From the NCBI GenBank assembly GCA_963755715.1, contig CAVWLW010000005.1:1-62861 (forward strand): 62,861 nt of DNA. The letters run 5' to 3'. This document shows positions 27,924-37,802 of the stretch, in pieces; the stretch's first letter is position 1, and each line of letters opens with the position of its first letter. The notes under the pieces were generated by a model. It was not told where the DNA came from and did not search any database. It worked only from the letters and a program-made list of their open reading frames with translations. Source of the stretch: an uncultured delta proteobacterium (lineage in GTDB: Bacteria; Desulfobacterota; Binatia; UBA9968). A program made the position numbers and the translations under genes.

Positions 27924-28118
27924 ATGTTGGAGAGAGAAGAGGAGTTGCTCAACAGCAAGCAAGTCGCCGCGATCTTGGACATGAGCCCGGACACGGTCAA
28001 TGAGTTCGCCCGCAAAAATATATTGCCTGCGTTCAAAAAAGGGAAACAGTGGCGTTTCCGCCGCCGTGATATTTCCATTTTTTACAAGAAGCAGCCGAGG
28101 GACATCCGCGACGCTTGA
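27924..28118 (+). CDS. Small excisionase-like HTH (HTH_17) DNA-binding protein
   Basis: ELLNSKQVAAILDMSPDTV...LPAFKKGKQWRFRRRDI; GAGGG RBS upstream. Confidence 0.85.
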   Translation: MLEREEELLNSKQVAAILDMSPDTVNEFARKNILPAFKKGKQWRFRRRDISIFYKKQPRDIRDA

Positions 28119-28146
28119 GCCTGGTGGAAGATTGGGGGTAGGGAAA

Positions 28147-28797
28147 ATGGACGACATCGAAGCGCACGAGAGCAAACTGTACTCGGAATTAGCCCCGCTC
28201 TACGACAAAGTTTTCGGCAAAATTTTCTATAGCCGCTTAGAACGTGTCATCGAGGATCTCGACATTCCGGCCGGTGCGAAGATTTTAGAAGTCGGCGCCG
28301 GCACCGGCACCTCTTTTCCCGCGTATCCGACTCACTGCGAAATTACCGGCGTCGACTTGGCGCCCGACATGCTGGCGCGCGCCCGGCGAAAAATTCAGGA
28401 AAACGCCTGGTCGCATTTAAAAGTAATGGAGATGGATGCGCTCGACCTGAAATTTCCAGACAACAGCTTCGATTATGTCATGGCGTTTCACGTCGTGACC
28501 GTCGTGCCCGATCCTTTGCGCATGATTGCCGAGGCCAATCGGGTAACTAAACCCGGCGGCAGAATCGTCATCGTGAATCACTTCACCACCGACGTGCCCG
28601 TTCTCGGCTCGCTGACCCAGGCTCTCGATCCGATGACGCGCTGGCTCGGTTGGCGCACCGATCTTAAACTCAAGCCGTTTATCGAAACCAGCCATCTCAG
28701 AGTCGAAAAGGTCTATAAACTCAATAAAGCCTCCCTGTACACGGTGCTGATCTTCAAAAAAGAGAGAAAGCCACTGCGCCCGCTTCGCGAGCTTTAG
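28147..28797 (+). CDS. Class I SAM methyltransferase, PmtA-like (phospholipid N-methyltransferase)
   Basis: Y..LAPLYD.VFG, ILEVGAGTG, TGVDLAPDML, FDYVMAFHVVTVVPDP, KPGGRIVIVNHF. Confidence 0.8.
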   Translation: MDDIEAHESKLYSELAPLYDKVFGKIFYSRLERVIEDLDIPAGAKILEVGAGTGTSFPAYPTHCEITGVDLAPDMLARARRKIQENAWSHLKVMEMDALDLKFPDNSFDYVMAFHVVTVVPDPLRMIAEANRVTKPGGRIVIVNHFTTDVPVLGSLTQALDPMTRWLGWRTDLKLKPFIETSHLRVEKVYKLNKASLYTVLIFKKERKPLRPLREL

Positions 28798-29058
28798 CGC
28801 CCCGCCAAAGCTACGCGCCACGATTGCCTCTTTTAAGTCTCGCTTTTTGAATCTGCAGAGCAACCTGCGAGGTCGATTTTTGCACAAGCAGACCGAGCGC
28901 GCCGGCGCCTTGCGCGCAATTCAGCGCGCAGCGAATTTTTCGTGAGCTAAACAGGAAATGGGGCGGAAAGCTTCGAACCTTACGCGAAATACTTGAATCG
29001 CGAGCCGGTTCCGGAATTGCCGGGACGGATGGAAAGAGCGAGCAAGATCTTCGGCGTG

Positions 29059-29259
29059 CTAGTGGGGCAAATCTTTGGCTTTCTCCTTCTTCGTGTCTTT
29101 GTTCTCGGCGTCATCGTCTTCACTGCCGGTCACGCCTTTTTTGAAATCGCGGATCGCTTTGCCGAGTCCGCTACCGATCTGCGGCAGCTTGCTCGGACCG
29201 AAAATAACCAGCGCGATCACCAATATCACCATGAGTTCCGGCACACCGAGTCCAAACAT
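29059..29259 (-). CDS. tatA: Twin-arginine translocase TatA/E
   Basis: MFGLGVPELMVILVIALVIFGPSKLPQIGSGLGKAIRDFKK. Confidence 0.95.
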   Translation of the reverse strand: MFGLGVPELMVILVIALVIFGPSKLPQIGSGLGKAIRDFKKGVTGSEDDDAENKDTKKEKAKDLPH

Positions 29260-29267
29260 GTTTCCTC

Positions 29268-30695
29268 CTAACTCTTACGCTTTACGGCAAAGAATACCGC
29301 GTTATCGCCCCGCTGCACAAGCAGCAGGATGCGATCGCCGCGCCGCCCCTGACGGGTCGCGCGCTCAAACTCTTTCACGTTGGTCACCGGCCGTTGATTC
29401 ACTTCTCGGATCACATCCGCCGGTTCGATGCCGACTTGATCCGCCGGACTCCCCGGCTGCACTTCCATCACCAGCACGCCCCTCGACGAGCTCAATCCAA
29501 GGCGGCGCGCCGCTTCGGGCGTAATGCGCTGAACTCGCAAGCCCAGTTCCGGATCGCGCGCTTCGAGTTGCTGGTTCGGATCGTTATCATCGGCGAGCTC
29601 GCCAATTTTGACCGCAACCGTCTGCTCTTTTTTTTCTCGCACGATTTTCAGTGTGATGCGCTGGCCCGGCGCCGTATCGGCGATCACGCCGGGAAAGTCG
29701 TGACTGCGCGGCACCGGCTTGCCATTGAACTCAACGATGATATCGCCGGTCTTGATGCCAGCTTCCGCGGCCGGGCTGCCTTCGGTGACCTCCGTGACCA
29801 CCGCCATCTCGGCTGGACTGCGGGTTAAACCGAGCGACTGCGCCATCGCCGCGGTCACATCTTGGGCGCGCACGCCCAGCCAGCCGCGTACCACGCGGCC
29901 ATTTTTGCGCAGTTGTTCGGCGACTTTCTTGGCGAGGTCGATGGGAATCGCAAAGCCGATACCGACGTTTCCGCCGGACTGACTGAAGATGGCGCTATTG
30001 ACGCCGATCACTTCGCCGGCGGCGTTGATCAGCGGGCCGCCGCTATTCCCCGGATTGATCGAAGCGTCGGTTTGAATAAAATTATCATAGGGCCCGGCGC
30101 CGATGACCCGTCCCTTAGCGCTGACGATTCCCGCCGTCACGGTGTGTTCCAAGCCAAATGGATTACCAATCGCCATCACCCAATCGCCAACCTCCAGCTG
30201 GGCGGAGGCGCCGAGCTTGGCAAAAGGCATGTTGCCGCCTGATTTTCTGACCTTGATCAAGGCCAAGTCGGTGCGGTCGTCTTTGCCGATCAAGCGCGCC
30301 TCGTGTTCACTTTGATCCGCCAATTTGACTTTGATGGTGTCGGCGCTGCGCACCACGTGATAGTTGGTTAAAATCTCGCCATCGTTGCTGATGAGGATGC
30401 CGGAGCCCAGGCTGCGCAGGTTATTTTCTCTCGGCGGCGTTTCACCGAAGAAGCGGCTAAAAAATTCTTCGAGGGGATCGTTCGAGCCGGCGCGCGGCGA
30501 GCGTTGCGAGGCCGTCGAAATGTTGACCACCACCGGCATGGTCTTCTTGGCGATGGCGGCGAAGGAAGGCGGACGAGCGCCGTCGAGAACGGCCAGACTG
30601 GCCGCTCGTGCCGGCGCGAGCGACGATGAGATCGACAAAAATCCCAGGCCGATGGCAAGCGCCGGCTGCGCCGCAATCGAGCTGCCAAAGCGCAT
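29268..30695 (-). CDS. Do/DegP/DegQ family serine endoprotease with two PDZ domains
   Basis: SLGSG, LTNYHVV, TDLALIK, IQTDASINPGNSGGPL; two PDZ domains. Confidence 0.95.
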   Translation of the reverse strand: MRFGSSIAAQPALAIGLGFLSISSSLAPARAASLAVLDGARPPSFAAIAKKTMPVVVNISTASQRSPRAGSNDPLEEFFSRFFGETPPRENNLRSLGSGILISNDGEILTNYHVVRSADTIKVKLADQSEHEARLIGKDDRTDLALIKVRKSGGNMPFAKLGASAQLEVGDWVMAIGNPFGLEHTVTAGIVSAKGRVIGAGPYDNFIQTDASINPGNSGGPLINAAGEVIGVNSAIFSQSGGNVGIGFAIPIDLAKKVAEQLRKNGRVVRGWLGVRAQDVTAAMAQSLGLTRSPAEMAVVTEVTEGSPAAEAGIKTGDIIVEFNGKPVPRSHDFPGVIADTAPGQRITLKIVREKKEQTVAVKIGELADDNDPNQQLEARDPELGLRVQRITPEAARRLGLSSSRGVLVMEVQPGSPADQVGIEPADVIREVNQRPVTNVKEFERATRQGRRGDRILLLVQRGDNAVFFAVKRKS

Positions 30696-30846
30696 GCGTA
30701 TTTTTCGGCATTTTCCGCCTGGGTCGGTCACGCGCTCAGACTAGCAATTTCCGTGCAGGATTCAAATCTCGTTAATCGGCTGGGACATTTGCAAAAGAAC
30801 CCCGCTGCCGCTATGAAGAAACGATCTTTTTCAACCAAAAAAAATC

Positions 30847-32199
30847 ATGAAACCCGCCGCGATTGATTACGACACCGTGCGCGAGATGCTGCGCACGGCC
30901 ACACCGGATCGCATTCTGCGCTTTATCGGCAAAAGCCATCCCGCCGACATCGCGCTTTTGTTCAAGGGACTGGAGCCCGTCGAGGTGCGGCAGCTTTTCG
31001 ATATCTTGTTTTCCTCGCGCCGCGCCGACAAGACGCTCAAAGAGTTGCCGCCGGAGCTCCTGCCCGACATTCTCGCATTGATCGACGATGAAAAAGTCGG
31101 TCGCTTGATCGTCCGAGCCGATCCCGATGATGCCGTCACGTTCATCGATAGCCTGCCCGAAGAGCGCCGCGAACGAGTCTTGGCGCTGTTAGACCCCGAA
31201 CGTCAGGCCGCCGTCCGCGAGATCATCAATTACCCCGAGGGCACGGTCGGCAGAATCATGACCACCGATTTCATGGCGCTCTCCCCTGACACGACGGCAC
31301 AGGGCGCTATCGATAAGATCCGCGAGCGCGGCGAGCTGGAAGCGTTCTTTTATCTTTACGTCGTCGATGACGCGGGCCAACTCGTGGGCGTCGTACCGAT
31401 CCGCAACTTGGTCATCGCACCGCCGAATCGGCGGCTCTCCGACATGATGATCGCGGACCCGGTCAAGGCCAATGTCTTCACCGACCAAGAAGAGGCCGCG
31501 CGCTTGGTATCGCGCTACGAGCTTTTGGCGCTGCCGATCGTCGACGAAGCGGGCCGGCTGGAAGGCATTATCACCGTCGACGACGTGATCGACATTATCA
31601 ACGAGGAAAGCACCGAGGACATGTACAAAATGGCCGGCTTGGCCGGGGAGGATCGCGTCTTCACGCCGATCTCGCGCTCGGTGAGAATGCGCCTGCCTTG
31701 GACGATTCTAAACCTGTGCACCGCCACTCTCGCCGCCTCGGTCGTGGTGATTTTCGAAGGCACGCTGCATGAAATCATCGCGTTGGTCACGTTCATGCCG
31801 GTGGTCGCCGGTGTCGGTGGCAATGGCGCGACGCAAACCGCCACGGTGATTATCCGCGCCATCGCGTTAGGTGAACTGGAATTTGCCTCGGCCTGGAAAG
31901 CGATCGTCAAACAGGTGTCAGTCAATATTTGTATCGGCTTGGCGGCCGGCGCGCTGATCGCGACGGCGGCCTTTCTCTGGAAGGGTAATCCGTATCTCGG
32001 CCTGGTGCTCGCTGCCGCGATGATTTTCAATCTCGGTTTAATGGCCGGGTTTGCCGGCGCCGTGATTCCGCTGTTATTGAAAGCGCTCAAGTTCGATCCC
32101 GCGCTCGGCTCCGGGATTATCGTCACCGGTCTGACCGATGCCTTCGGCTTTCTCTCATTTCTCGGCCTCGCCTCGTATTTCCGCCGCTATCTTGTTTAG
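30847..32199 (+). CDS. mgtE: Magnesium transporter MgtE
   Basis: HPADIA, CBS pair, GIITVDD, RLPW, GGNGATQ, DPALGSG...LTD. Confidence 0.95.
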   Translation: MKPAAIDYDTVREMLRTATPDRILRFIGKSHPADIALLFKGLEPVEVRQLFDILFSSRRADKTLKELPPELLPDILALIDDEKVGRLIVRADPDDAVTFIDSLPEERRERVLALLDPERQAAVREIINYPEGTVGRIMTTDFMALSPDTTAQGAIDKIRERGELEAFFYLYVVDDAGQLVGVVPIRNLVIAPPNRRLSDMMIADPVKANVFTDQEEAARLVSRYELLALPIVDEAGRLEGIITVDDVIDIINEESTEDMYKMAGLAGEDRVFTPISRSVRMRLPWTILNLCTATLAASVVVIFEGTLHEIIALVTFMPVVAGVGGNGATQTATVIIRAIALGELEFASAWKAIVKQVSVNICIGLAAGALIATAAFLWKGNPYLGLVLAAAMIFNLGLMAGFAGAVIPLLLKALKFDPALGSGIIVTGLTDAFGFLSFLGLASYFRRYLV

Positions 32200-33170
32200 C
32201 CCGCTGGTTGCGGCGCTGCGTCCCCCGCTTTGGCGCCTCGCTGCAACAAGAAAAGTACCCCGCCGATCAAGCTGTCCACGGCGACAATCAAAAACAGCAA
32301 GATGCCAAAGGCGATGCCCTTCTCAGAGCTGATGCCGATAACCGCCAGAAGAAAGATATAGCCGCCTTCGCGCAAGCCAAGGCCATTCAAACTAATGGGG
32401 ATCGCGGAAAAGGTCCCGACCAGCGGATATACGATGAGGGCGAAAGAAAACGGCACGTTTAAATCGAGCGCGCGTCCCATCGCCACGTGTATCCAGGCTT
32501 GAATCAGATGAATCAAAAGCGACAATAGGATCGCTATCAATAAGGCTCGCCAATGGGTTCGATAGCTTCTGAACGCGAGCCGCAACTTGACCACCAGCTG
32601 ATGGCCGTCTTGCGGCAGCACGCGTCGCAACACAGGCAGCAGTAAGCCGCCGGCAAGAAATCCCAGGGCGAGTAGGAAAGTCGCGACCCGCGCCGCATGT
32701 GGAACCGCGTAGTAGGGAAAGAGCCAAAGCCCTAAAGCACCGAGCCAAACCAACACGATCATGCCGATCGCGCGATCCATCAGGACCGACATCGCCGCGT
32801 TGACTGTCGTTACCGCGTGCCCTTTAGCGCGCGCATCCTCGTCTTTGACGAGATAGTAAACCCGGCTCACGTCGCCGCCGACGGTGCCCGGCGCAAAAAG
32901 ATTAAAGAACATGCCGATCAAATAGTAGCGCAGCATGGCTGTAAACGGCGTCTTGATGCCAAGCGGCCGGGCCAAAGTCGTCCAGCGCGCCGCGCTGATG
33001 CCTTGGGTAAAAAGATAAACCAACATTACCAAAGCGATATAGGAAAATTTCGCGTTCGCAAAAGTCTGCAGAAAGCGCTCGATGTGGATGCGCGCGAGAA
33101 AATAAGCCAGCAGCCCCACGCTCACGACCAGCTTAAGGACAAGGACGAGAACGGGCTTCGCTTTCTTCAT
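32196..33170 (-). CDS. Lysylphosphatidylglycerol-synthase TM / flippase-like membrane protein
   Basis: RW..L, GMFFNLFAPGTVGGDVSR, DRAIG, IPISLNGLGLRE. Confidence 0.9.
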   Translation of the reverse strand: MKKAKPVLVLVLKLVVSVGLLAYFLARIHIERFLQTFANAKFSYIALVMLVYLFTQGISAARWTTLARPLGIKTPFTAMLRYYLIGMFFNLFAPGTVGGDVSRVYYLVKDEDARAKGHAVTTVNAAMSVLMDRAIGMIVLVWLGALGLWLFPYYAVPHAARVATFLLALGFLAGGLLLPVLRRVLPQDGHQLVVKLRLAFRSYRTHWRALLIAILLSLLIHLIQAWIHVAMGRALDLNVPFSFALIVYPLVGTFSAIPISLNGLGLREGGYIFLLAVIGISSEKGIAFGILLFLIVAVDSLIGGVLFLLQRGAKAGDAAPQPAG

Positions 33171-33830
33171 CCGTCCAGCGGCGGTTGGATGAGCGCTTGC
33201 GACTCGTCTTTGGCAAGGCGATCGACCAAGACTCGGCGTCCCACCACATGCAGTCGACCCTCGGCATAAAGTTGAATCGCGCGCGGATAGATGCGGTGTT
33301 CCTGCTTGAGAATACGCGCCGCCAGCTGCTCCTCGCTATCGTCGGGATATACCGGCACCACGGCTTGAATGATGATCGGCCCCTCGTCGCACTCTTCATT
33401 GACGAAATGCACGGTGCAGCCCGCGAAGCGTACGCCATGATCGAGCGCTTTCTTTTGCACGTGTAAACCGGGAAAAGACGGCAGCAGCGCCGGATGAATA
33501 TTCATGATCCGGTTCGAGTACGCTTTGACGAACACCGATGAAAGTAGACGCATGAAACCGGCGAGCACAACCAGCTCGACGCCGCGCGCGCGGAGCAGAT
33601 CGACGACCGCTTGATCGTAAGCCTCGCGGCTGGCAAAAGCTTTGTGATCGAGAACTTCAGTGCGAATGCCGTGATTCTGCGCGCGCACCAAACCGTAAGC
33701 ATCCGCTTTGTTGCTCAACACGACCTCGATCTTCGCATCGAGCTTTTTTACCTCGATCGCATCGATGATCGACTTGTAGATTGGTGCCGCTGCCGGAAAT
33801 CAGCACGCCGATCGGAACTGGCTTTGCCAT
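33167..33830 (-). CDS. purN: Phosphoribosylglycinamide formyltransferase (+1 frameshift at ~33775)
   Basis: VLISGSGTNLQ, LAGFMRLL, NIHPALLPSFPG, GCTVHFV..D.GPII.Q, EH.IYP. Confidence 0.96.
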
Positions 33831-33840
33831 AAGCTTTCTC

Positions 33841-34880
33841 TCAGGCGCGGATCGTTGCATCCCGCGCACCGTTACGGATTTCGCCGATTATAAAACATTT
33901 TTCGCCGATGCCCGCGATCGTGCGCATCACGGCATCGGCCTGTTTTTTGCCGACGATCAGGATCATGCCTAGTCCATTGTTGAAAGTGCGGTCCATTTCG
34001 TTTTGGGCAACGCCGCCGATCCTTTGAATGAGCTTGAAGATCGCCGGCACCGGCCAGCTCTGACGTTCGATGACCGCGTGCCGGCCGCTCGGTAAGATTC
34101 GCGGCAAATTTCCCGTGATGCCGCCGCCGGTGATATGCGCCGCGCCCTTGATCTGGAATTTCTCGAATAATTTGCCGGTGATTTTTGCGTAGATTCGTGT
34201 CGGCTCGAGCAACTCCTCGGCCAAGGTACGGCCCAGGTCTGGAATGAGCCGATGAAGTTTCATGCGTCCTTTTTCCAGCAGCACCTTGCGCGCGAGCGAA
34301 TAGCCGTTACTGTGCAGACCGGTGGAAGCTAAGCCGATCAACATATCGCCCGCCACGATCTTTGCTGGCTCTATCATTTTCTTCTTCTCCAAGACGCCGA
34401 CGACAAATCCCGCAAGATCGTATTCGCCCTTGGGAAAATCGCCCGGATGCTCCGCGGTTTCACCGCCGATGAGCGCGCAGCCCGCTTGGCGGCAACCCGC
34501 AGCGACGCCGCGCACGACTGCCTCGGCGATATCGACGTCGAGCTTGCCACAGACAAAATAGTCGAGAAAAAAAGCGGCGCCGCGCCTTGAGTCAAAACAT
34601 CGTTCACGCCCATCGCCACCAGATCGATGCCGATGGTGTCGTGAATGCCGGTCATGAAAGCAATCTTTAGCTTCGTGCCGACGCCGTCGGTGGACGAAAC
34701 TAAAATGGGATGACGATAGCCAAGGCTCTGAAGATCGAACAAGGCGCTGAATCCGCCGACGCCGGCAATGACTCCGGGTATTCTGGTTTTGCCCGCAATC
34801 GGGCCGATGCGGTGCACCAATTTATCGCCGGCTTCAATGCTCACGCCGGCTTTGGCGTAGGTCAATCCTTGAGTCGTCAT
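33841..34880 (-). CDS. purM: Phosphoribosylformylglycinamidine cyclo-ligase (-1 frameshift in the A7 run 34567-34573)
   Basis: [53 protein letters not shown]. Confidence 0.97.
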
Positions 34881-34953
34881 TTGACTGTCGTGGAAAAACT
34901 CTCGGCAAGAAGAGTTCTATTAGGCGTTATGATAGCGCACAGTTGAACGAAAT

Positions 34954-35742
34954 TCACACGGTCGAGCCCACTTTCGACGCTGATGCGGCGCCGGCGAGTA
35001 GGGCGCGAATTCCTAGAGAATATTCACCGAACTTCGGGTAGGTCATCATTTCCATCGTTCTCGGGCGCGGTAAATCGACGGCAATTTTTTCCAGCAAGCG
35101 CCCCGGCCGCGCCGACATGACGAACACTACGTCGGAGAGAAACACCGCTTCCTGGATGCTGTGGGTAACGAACAGGACCGTTTTCTTGCGCTCCTCCCAG
35201 ATGCGCAAGAGCTCGATATCCAGCTCGTCGCGGGTCATGGCGTCGAGCGCGCCGAACGGCTCGTCCATCAGCAAAAGTTGCGGATCGGTCACTAACGCGC
35301 GGCACAGCGAGACACGCTGCTGCATGCCGCCGGAAAGCTCGTGCGGGAACATCTCCTCGAAACCATCGAGCCCGACCAGTTTGATCAGCGCGCGCGCTTT
35401 GTCGATGTAGCTTGGCAGGTCTAATTTGGCGAATTCCACCGGCAAGAGAATATTGTCGAGCACCGAGCGCCATTTGAGCAGCACGGGCGCCTGAAACACC
35501 ATGCCGACGTTTGCGAACGGGCCGTGCACCGGTGTGCCATTGATCGTGATCGTTCCCGACGACGCCGGCAGCAACCCCGAAATAATTTTTAACAGCGTGC
35601 TTTTGCCGCAGCCGCTCGGCCCGACGATGGAGACGAAATTGCCCGCGTGAATATCACAGGAGATGTTTTCGAGCGCGAAAACGCTCTTGGCGCCGCCGGT
35701 AAAAACTCTGGAGATGTCCCCGACGGCGATCAGCGGCGGCAC
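34954..35742 (-). CDS. NitT/TauT family ABC ATP-binding protein
   Basis: GPSGCGKST, LSGGMQQR, LMDEPFGALDAMTR, VTHSIQEA. Confidence 0.95.
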   Translation of the reverse strand: MPPLIAVGDISRVFTGGAKSVFALENISCDIHAGNFVSIVGPSGCGKSTLLKIISGLLPASSGTITINGTPVHGPFANVGMVFQAPVLLKWRSVLDNILLPVEFAKLDLPSYIDKARALIKLVGLDGFEEMFPHELSGGMQQRVSLCRALVTDPQLLLMDEPFGALDAMTRDELDIELLRIWEERKKTVLFVTHSIQEAVFLSDVVFVMSARPGRLLEKIAVDLPRPRTMEMMTYPKFGEYSLGIRALLAGAASASKVGSTV

Positions 35743-35769
35743 AGTGAGACCTTTGGGAGCCTGAATCGA

Positions 35770-36783
35770 TTAGCGTCGGATGAGTTGGTTGGTGTAGACT
35801 TCCTTGGCCGCGACCTTGCGGCCGACGTCGAAATACTCATTGGTTACCTTGACGGTTTTTTCGATGATGTCCGGTTTCATATAACCCAAGCCGACCTGGG
35901 CGGATTCGAAAGGCAGGAAAACTTCGGTCAAGGCATTTTTGAGCTGCAACGTCGTGAGCGGAGGATCGAGCTCGGGTTTGTGCTTGAGCAGAATCTTGAG
36001 CGCCTCTTCCTGATGATCTCGAGCGTAACGTAATCCCTCCAGTGTCGCTTCGACATAGGCGCGCGCGAACTCCGGACGTTTTTTAACGTCATCGTCTTTT
36101 ACGATCAAACTGGTGCCGTAAATATCGAGGCCGGTATCTTTCATGAAGACGCGCGACAGCTTGACGCCTACTTTCGATGCGGCCTGCTCGGCGATTTCAT
36201 CATTGGACGCGCGGAACATGATGATGAAATCCGCCTTCTTCGTCGCCAAGGCCGCCGGCTGAATCGGCGCCGCCGTTTCTTGGATCTTGATCGCTTTGAA
36301 GTCGATCTTATTGATGCGGCAGTACGCGGGCATCAAATACCATTGGGCTTGGCCGGGGCTGATCGCGAGCGATTTGCCTTCGAGGTCTTTGATGCTTTTG
36401 ATCTGACCTTCGTCGCGCCAGAGAATCGTCGCCCCGACGTAACCGAACTGAGCTGCGGCCTGCACCGGCGTACCGCGGGATTTAGCGACAATCATGGTCG
36501 CCAGGTCGGCGAACCCAAAATCAGCGCCGCCGGAGGCGACTGTCCGCACCGTGTCAGCAGAGCCGGTGCTCGCTTGGATGGTCGCGCTCAAGCCGCGTTT
36601 GGCGTAGAAACCTTTTTCCAACGCCACATACCAGGGCGCGTGTTTACCGCCGATAATAAAGTCCAAGCGAATGTTTGCCGGGGTCATCTCCGCCGTCTGC
36701 GCTGCATTTCCGCTACAGACCATGATGAAGGCAAAAACGATTGCGCCGACTAGATGGCTCGAATGCTTGGTTGCAAATGGCAT
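35770..36783 (-). CDS. NMT1/THI5-like ABC solute-binding protein
   Basis: Signal peptide; RLDF...GKHAPWYVALEKGFY...GSADTV..VASG.ADFG; lies between the permease and the ATPase. Confidence 0.92.
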   Translation of the reverse strand: MPFATKHSSHLVGAIVFAFIMVCSGNAAQTAEMTPANIRLDFIIGGKHAPWYVALEKGFYAKRGLSATIQASTGSADTVRTVASGGADFGFADLATMIVAKSRGTPVQAAAQFGYVGATILWRDEGQIKSIKDLEGKSLAISPGQAQWYLMPAYCRINKIDFKAIKIQETAAPIQPAALATKKADFIIMFRASNDEIAEQAASKVGVKLSRVFMKDTGLDIYGTSLIVKDDDVKKRPEFARAYVEATLEGLRYARDHQEEALKILLKHKPELDPPLTTLQLKNALTEVFLPFESAQVGLGYMKPDIIEKTVKVTNEYFDVGRKVAAKEVYTNQLIRR

Positions 36784-36805
36784 GACATCCTCCGCATCTA
36801 CGCAG

Positions 36806-37582
36806 CTAAAAAGAGCCCTCGACCTCGCGCACCGCCGCGCTCCAGGGCGCTAACTTTTTCTGAACTAACTCCGCCAACCAAAAAAGTCCCAGCGACAAGA
36901 CCGCCAAAATCAGCAAGATCACCAGGGCAAACGCAGTGTCCAAATTGTAGTTGGCCTGCAGGACCAGATAACCAAGTCCCTCGTTGGCAGCAACGAATTC
37001 GGCAACGATGGCGCCGGTGACCGATAACACGATGGCGACTTTGATGCCGGCGAACAAATACGGCAGCGAATTGGGCAAACGAATTTTCTTAAAGACGTCG
37101 AACTCCGACGCTCGATTGATGCGCGCCAAATCCAAGAGCTCCGGCTCGATTTCCTTCAAACCAACAACGGTATTCACGACGATCGGAAAAAAAGCCACGA
37201 GAAACGCAATGGCGATTTTTGAAAACAATCCATAGCCGACCCAAATAACCATCAACGGCGCAAACGCGCTTTTTGGCATGGCGTAGAGAATCACGATCAG
37301 TGGATAGATGGTATTTTGTAAGTGGCGTGAGTAGACAACCGCGATGGCGAAACCGACGCCCAGGACCAGAGATAGAACAAAACCACCGAACGCTTCGATA
37401 AAAGTAATGAAGGCATGGTTGCCGAGAATCGGCAGCTTCTTGATAAACGCGGTCCAGAGATCGCGCGGCGGTGGCAAGATAAAACTCGGAACCTTGATCA
37501 CTTCGACGAGGATTTCCCAAAGCACCAGCAGCGCAACAAAAAATATCACCGGCTCAGCGATGTCTTTCCAGGAGAATTTCAC
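36806..37582 (-). CDS. NitT/TauT family ABC permease
   Basis: ILPPP, PK.AFAPL...W.G.G, KIRLPNSLPYLFAG, GAIVAEF...GLG. Confidence 0.93.
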   Translation of the reverse strand: MKFSWKDIAEPVIFFVALLVLWEILVEVIKVPSFILPPPRDLWTAFIKKLPILGNHAFITFIEAFGGFVLSLVLGVGFAIAVVYSRHLQNTIYPLIVILYAMPKSAFAPLMVIWVGYGLFSKIAIAFLVAFFPIVVNTVVGLKEIEPELLDLARINRASEFDVFKKIRLPNSLPYLFAGIKVAIVLSVTGAIVAEFVAANEGLGYLVLQANYNLDTAFALVILLILAVLSLGLFWLAELVQKKLAPWSAAVREVEGSF

Positions 37583-37676
37583 GGCTCTACTCCGCGCCGA
37601 CGTTAAAGGAAAGCACCCATCCTGTCAAGAAAGCGAATGATTCCTGCGCGTTCAGAATAGAAAGCTTCCTTTCTTC

Positions 37677-37802
37677 GAGCCGGATCAAAAAGGTCCAGAT
37701 GCGAGGCGCGCGCAGAGTCCGCGAGCGGAGGCATACTCGGGCAGTACGTTGGAGCGAGCGAACCCAGTGCAACGAAGCAGGTGGGCCTTTTTCATCAGGC
37801 TC
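37677..37802. mobile_element. MITE-like 126-bp element with imperfect ~26-bp terminal inverted repeats
   Basis: Left end GAGCCGGATCAAAAAGGTCCAGATGC; reverse complement of the right end GAGCCTGATGAAAAAGGCCCACCTGC. Non-coding. Confidence 0.55.

Noticed and set aside
27873-28118. Prophage or ICE boundary at the excisionase-like gene
   Set aside because: No integrase, att repeat or phage genes nearby; the flanks are housekeeping genes.
33167-34880. purN/purM as pseudogenes or programmed frameshifts
   Set aside because: Single 1-nt lesions with otherwise intact sequence, one in a homopolymer; the same pattern recurs across unrelated genes.
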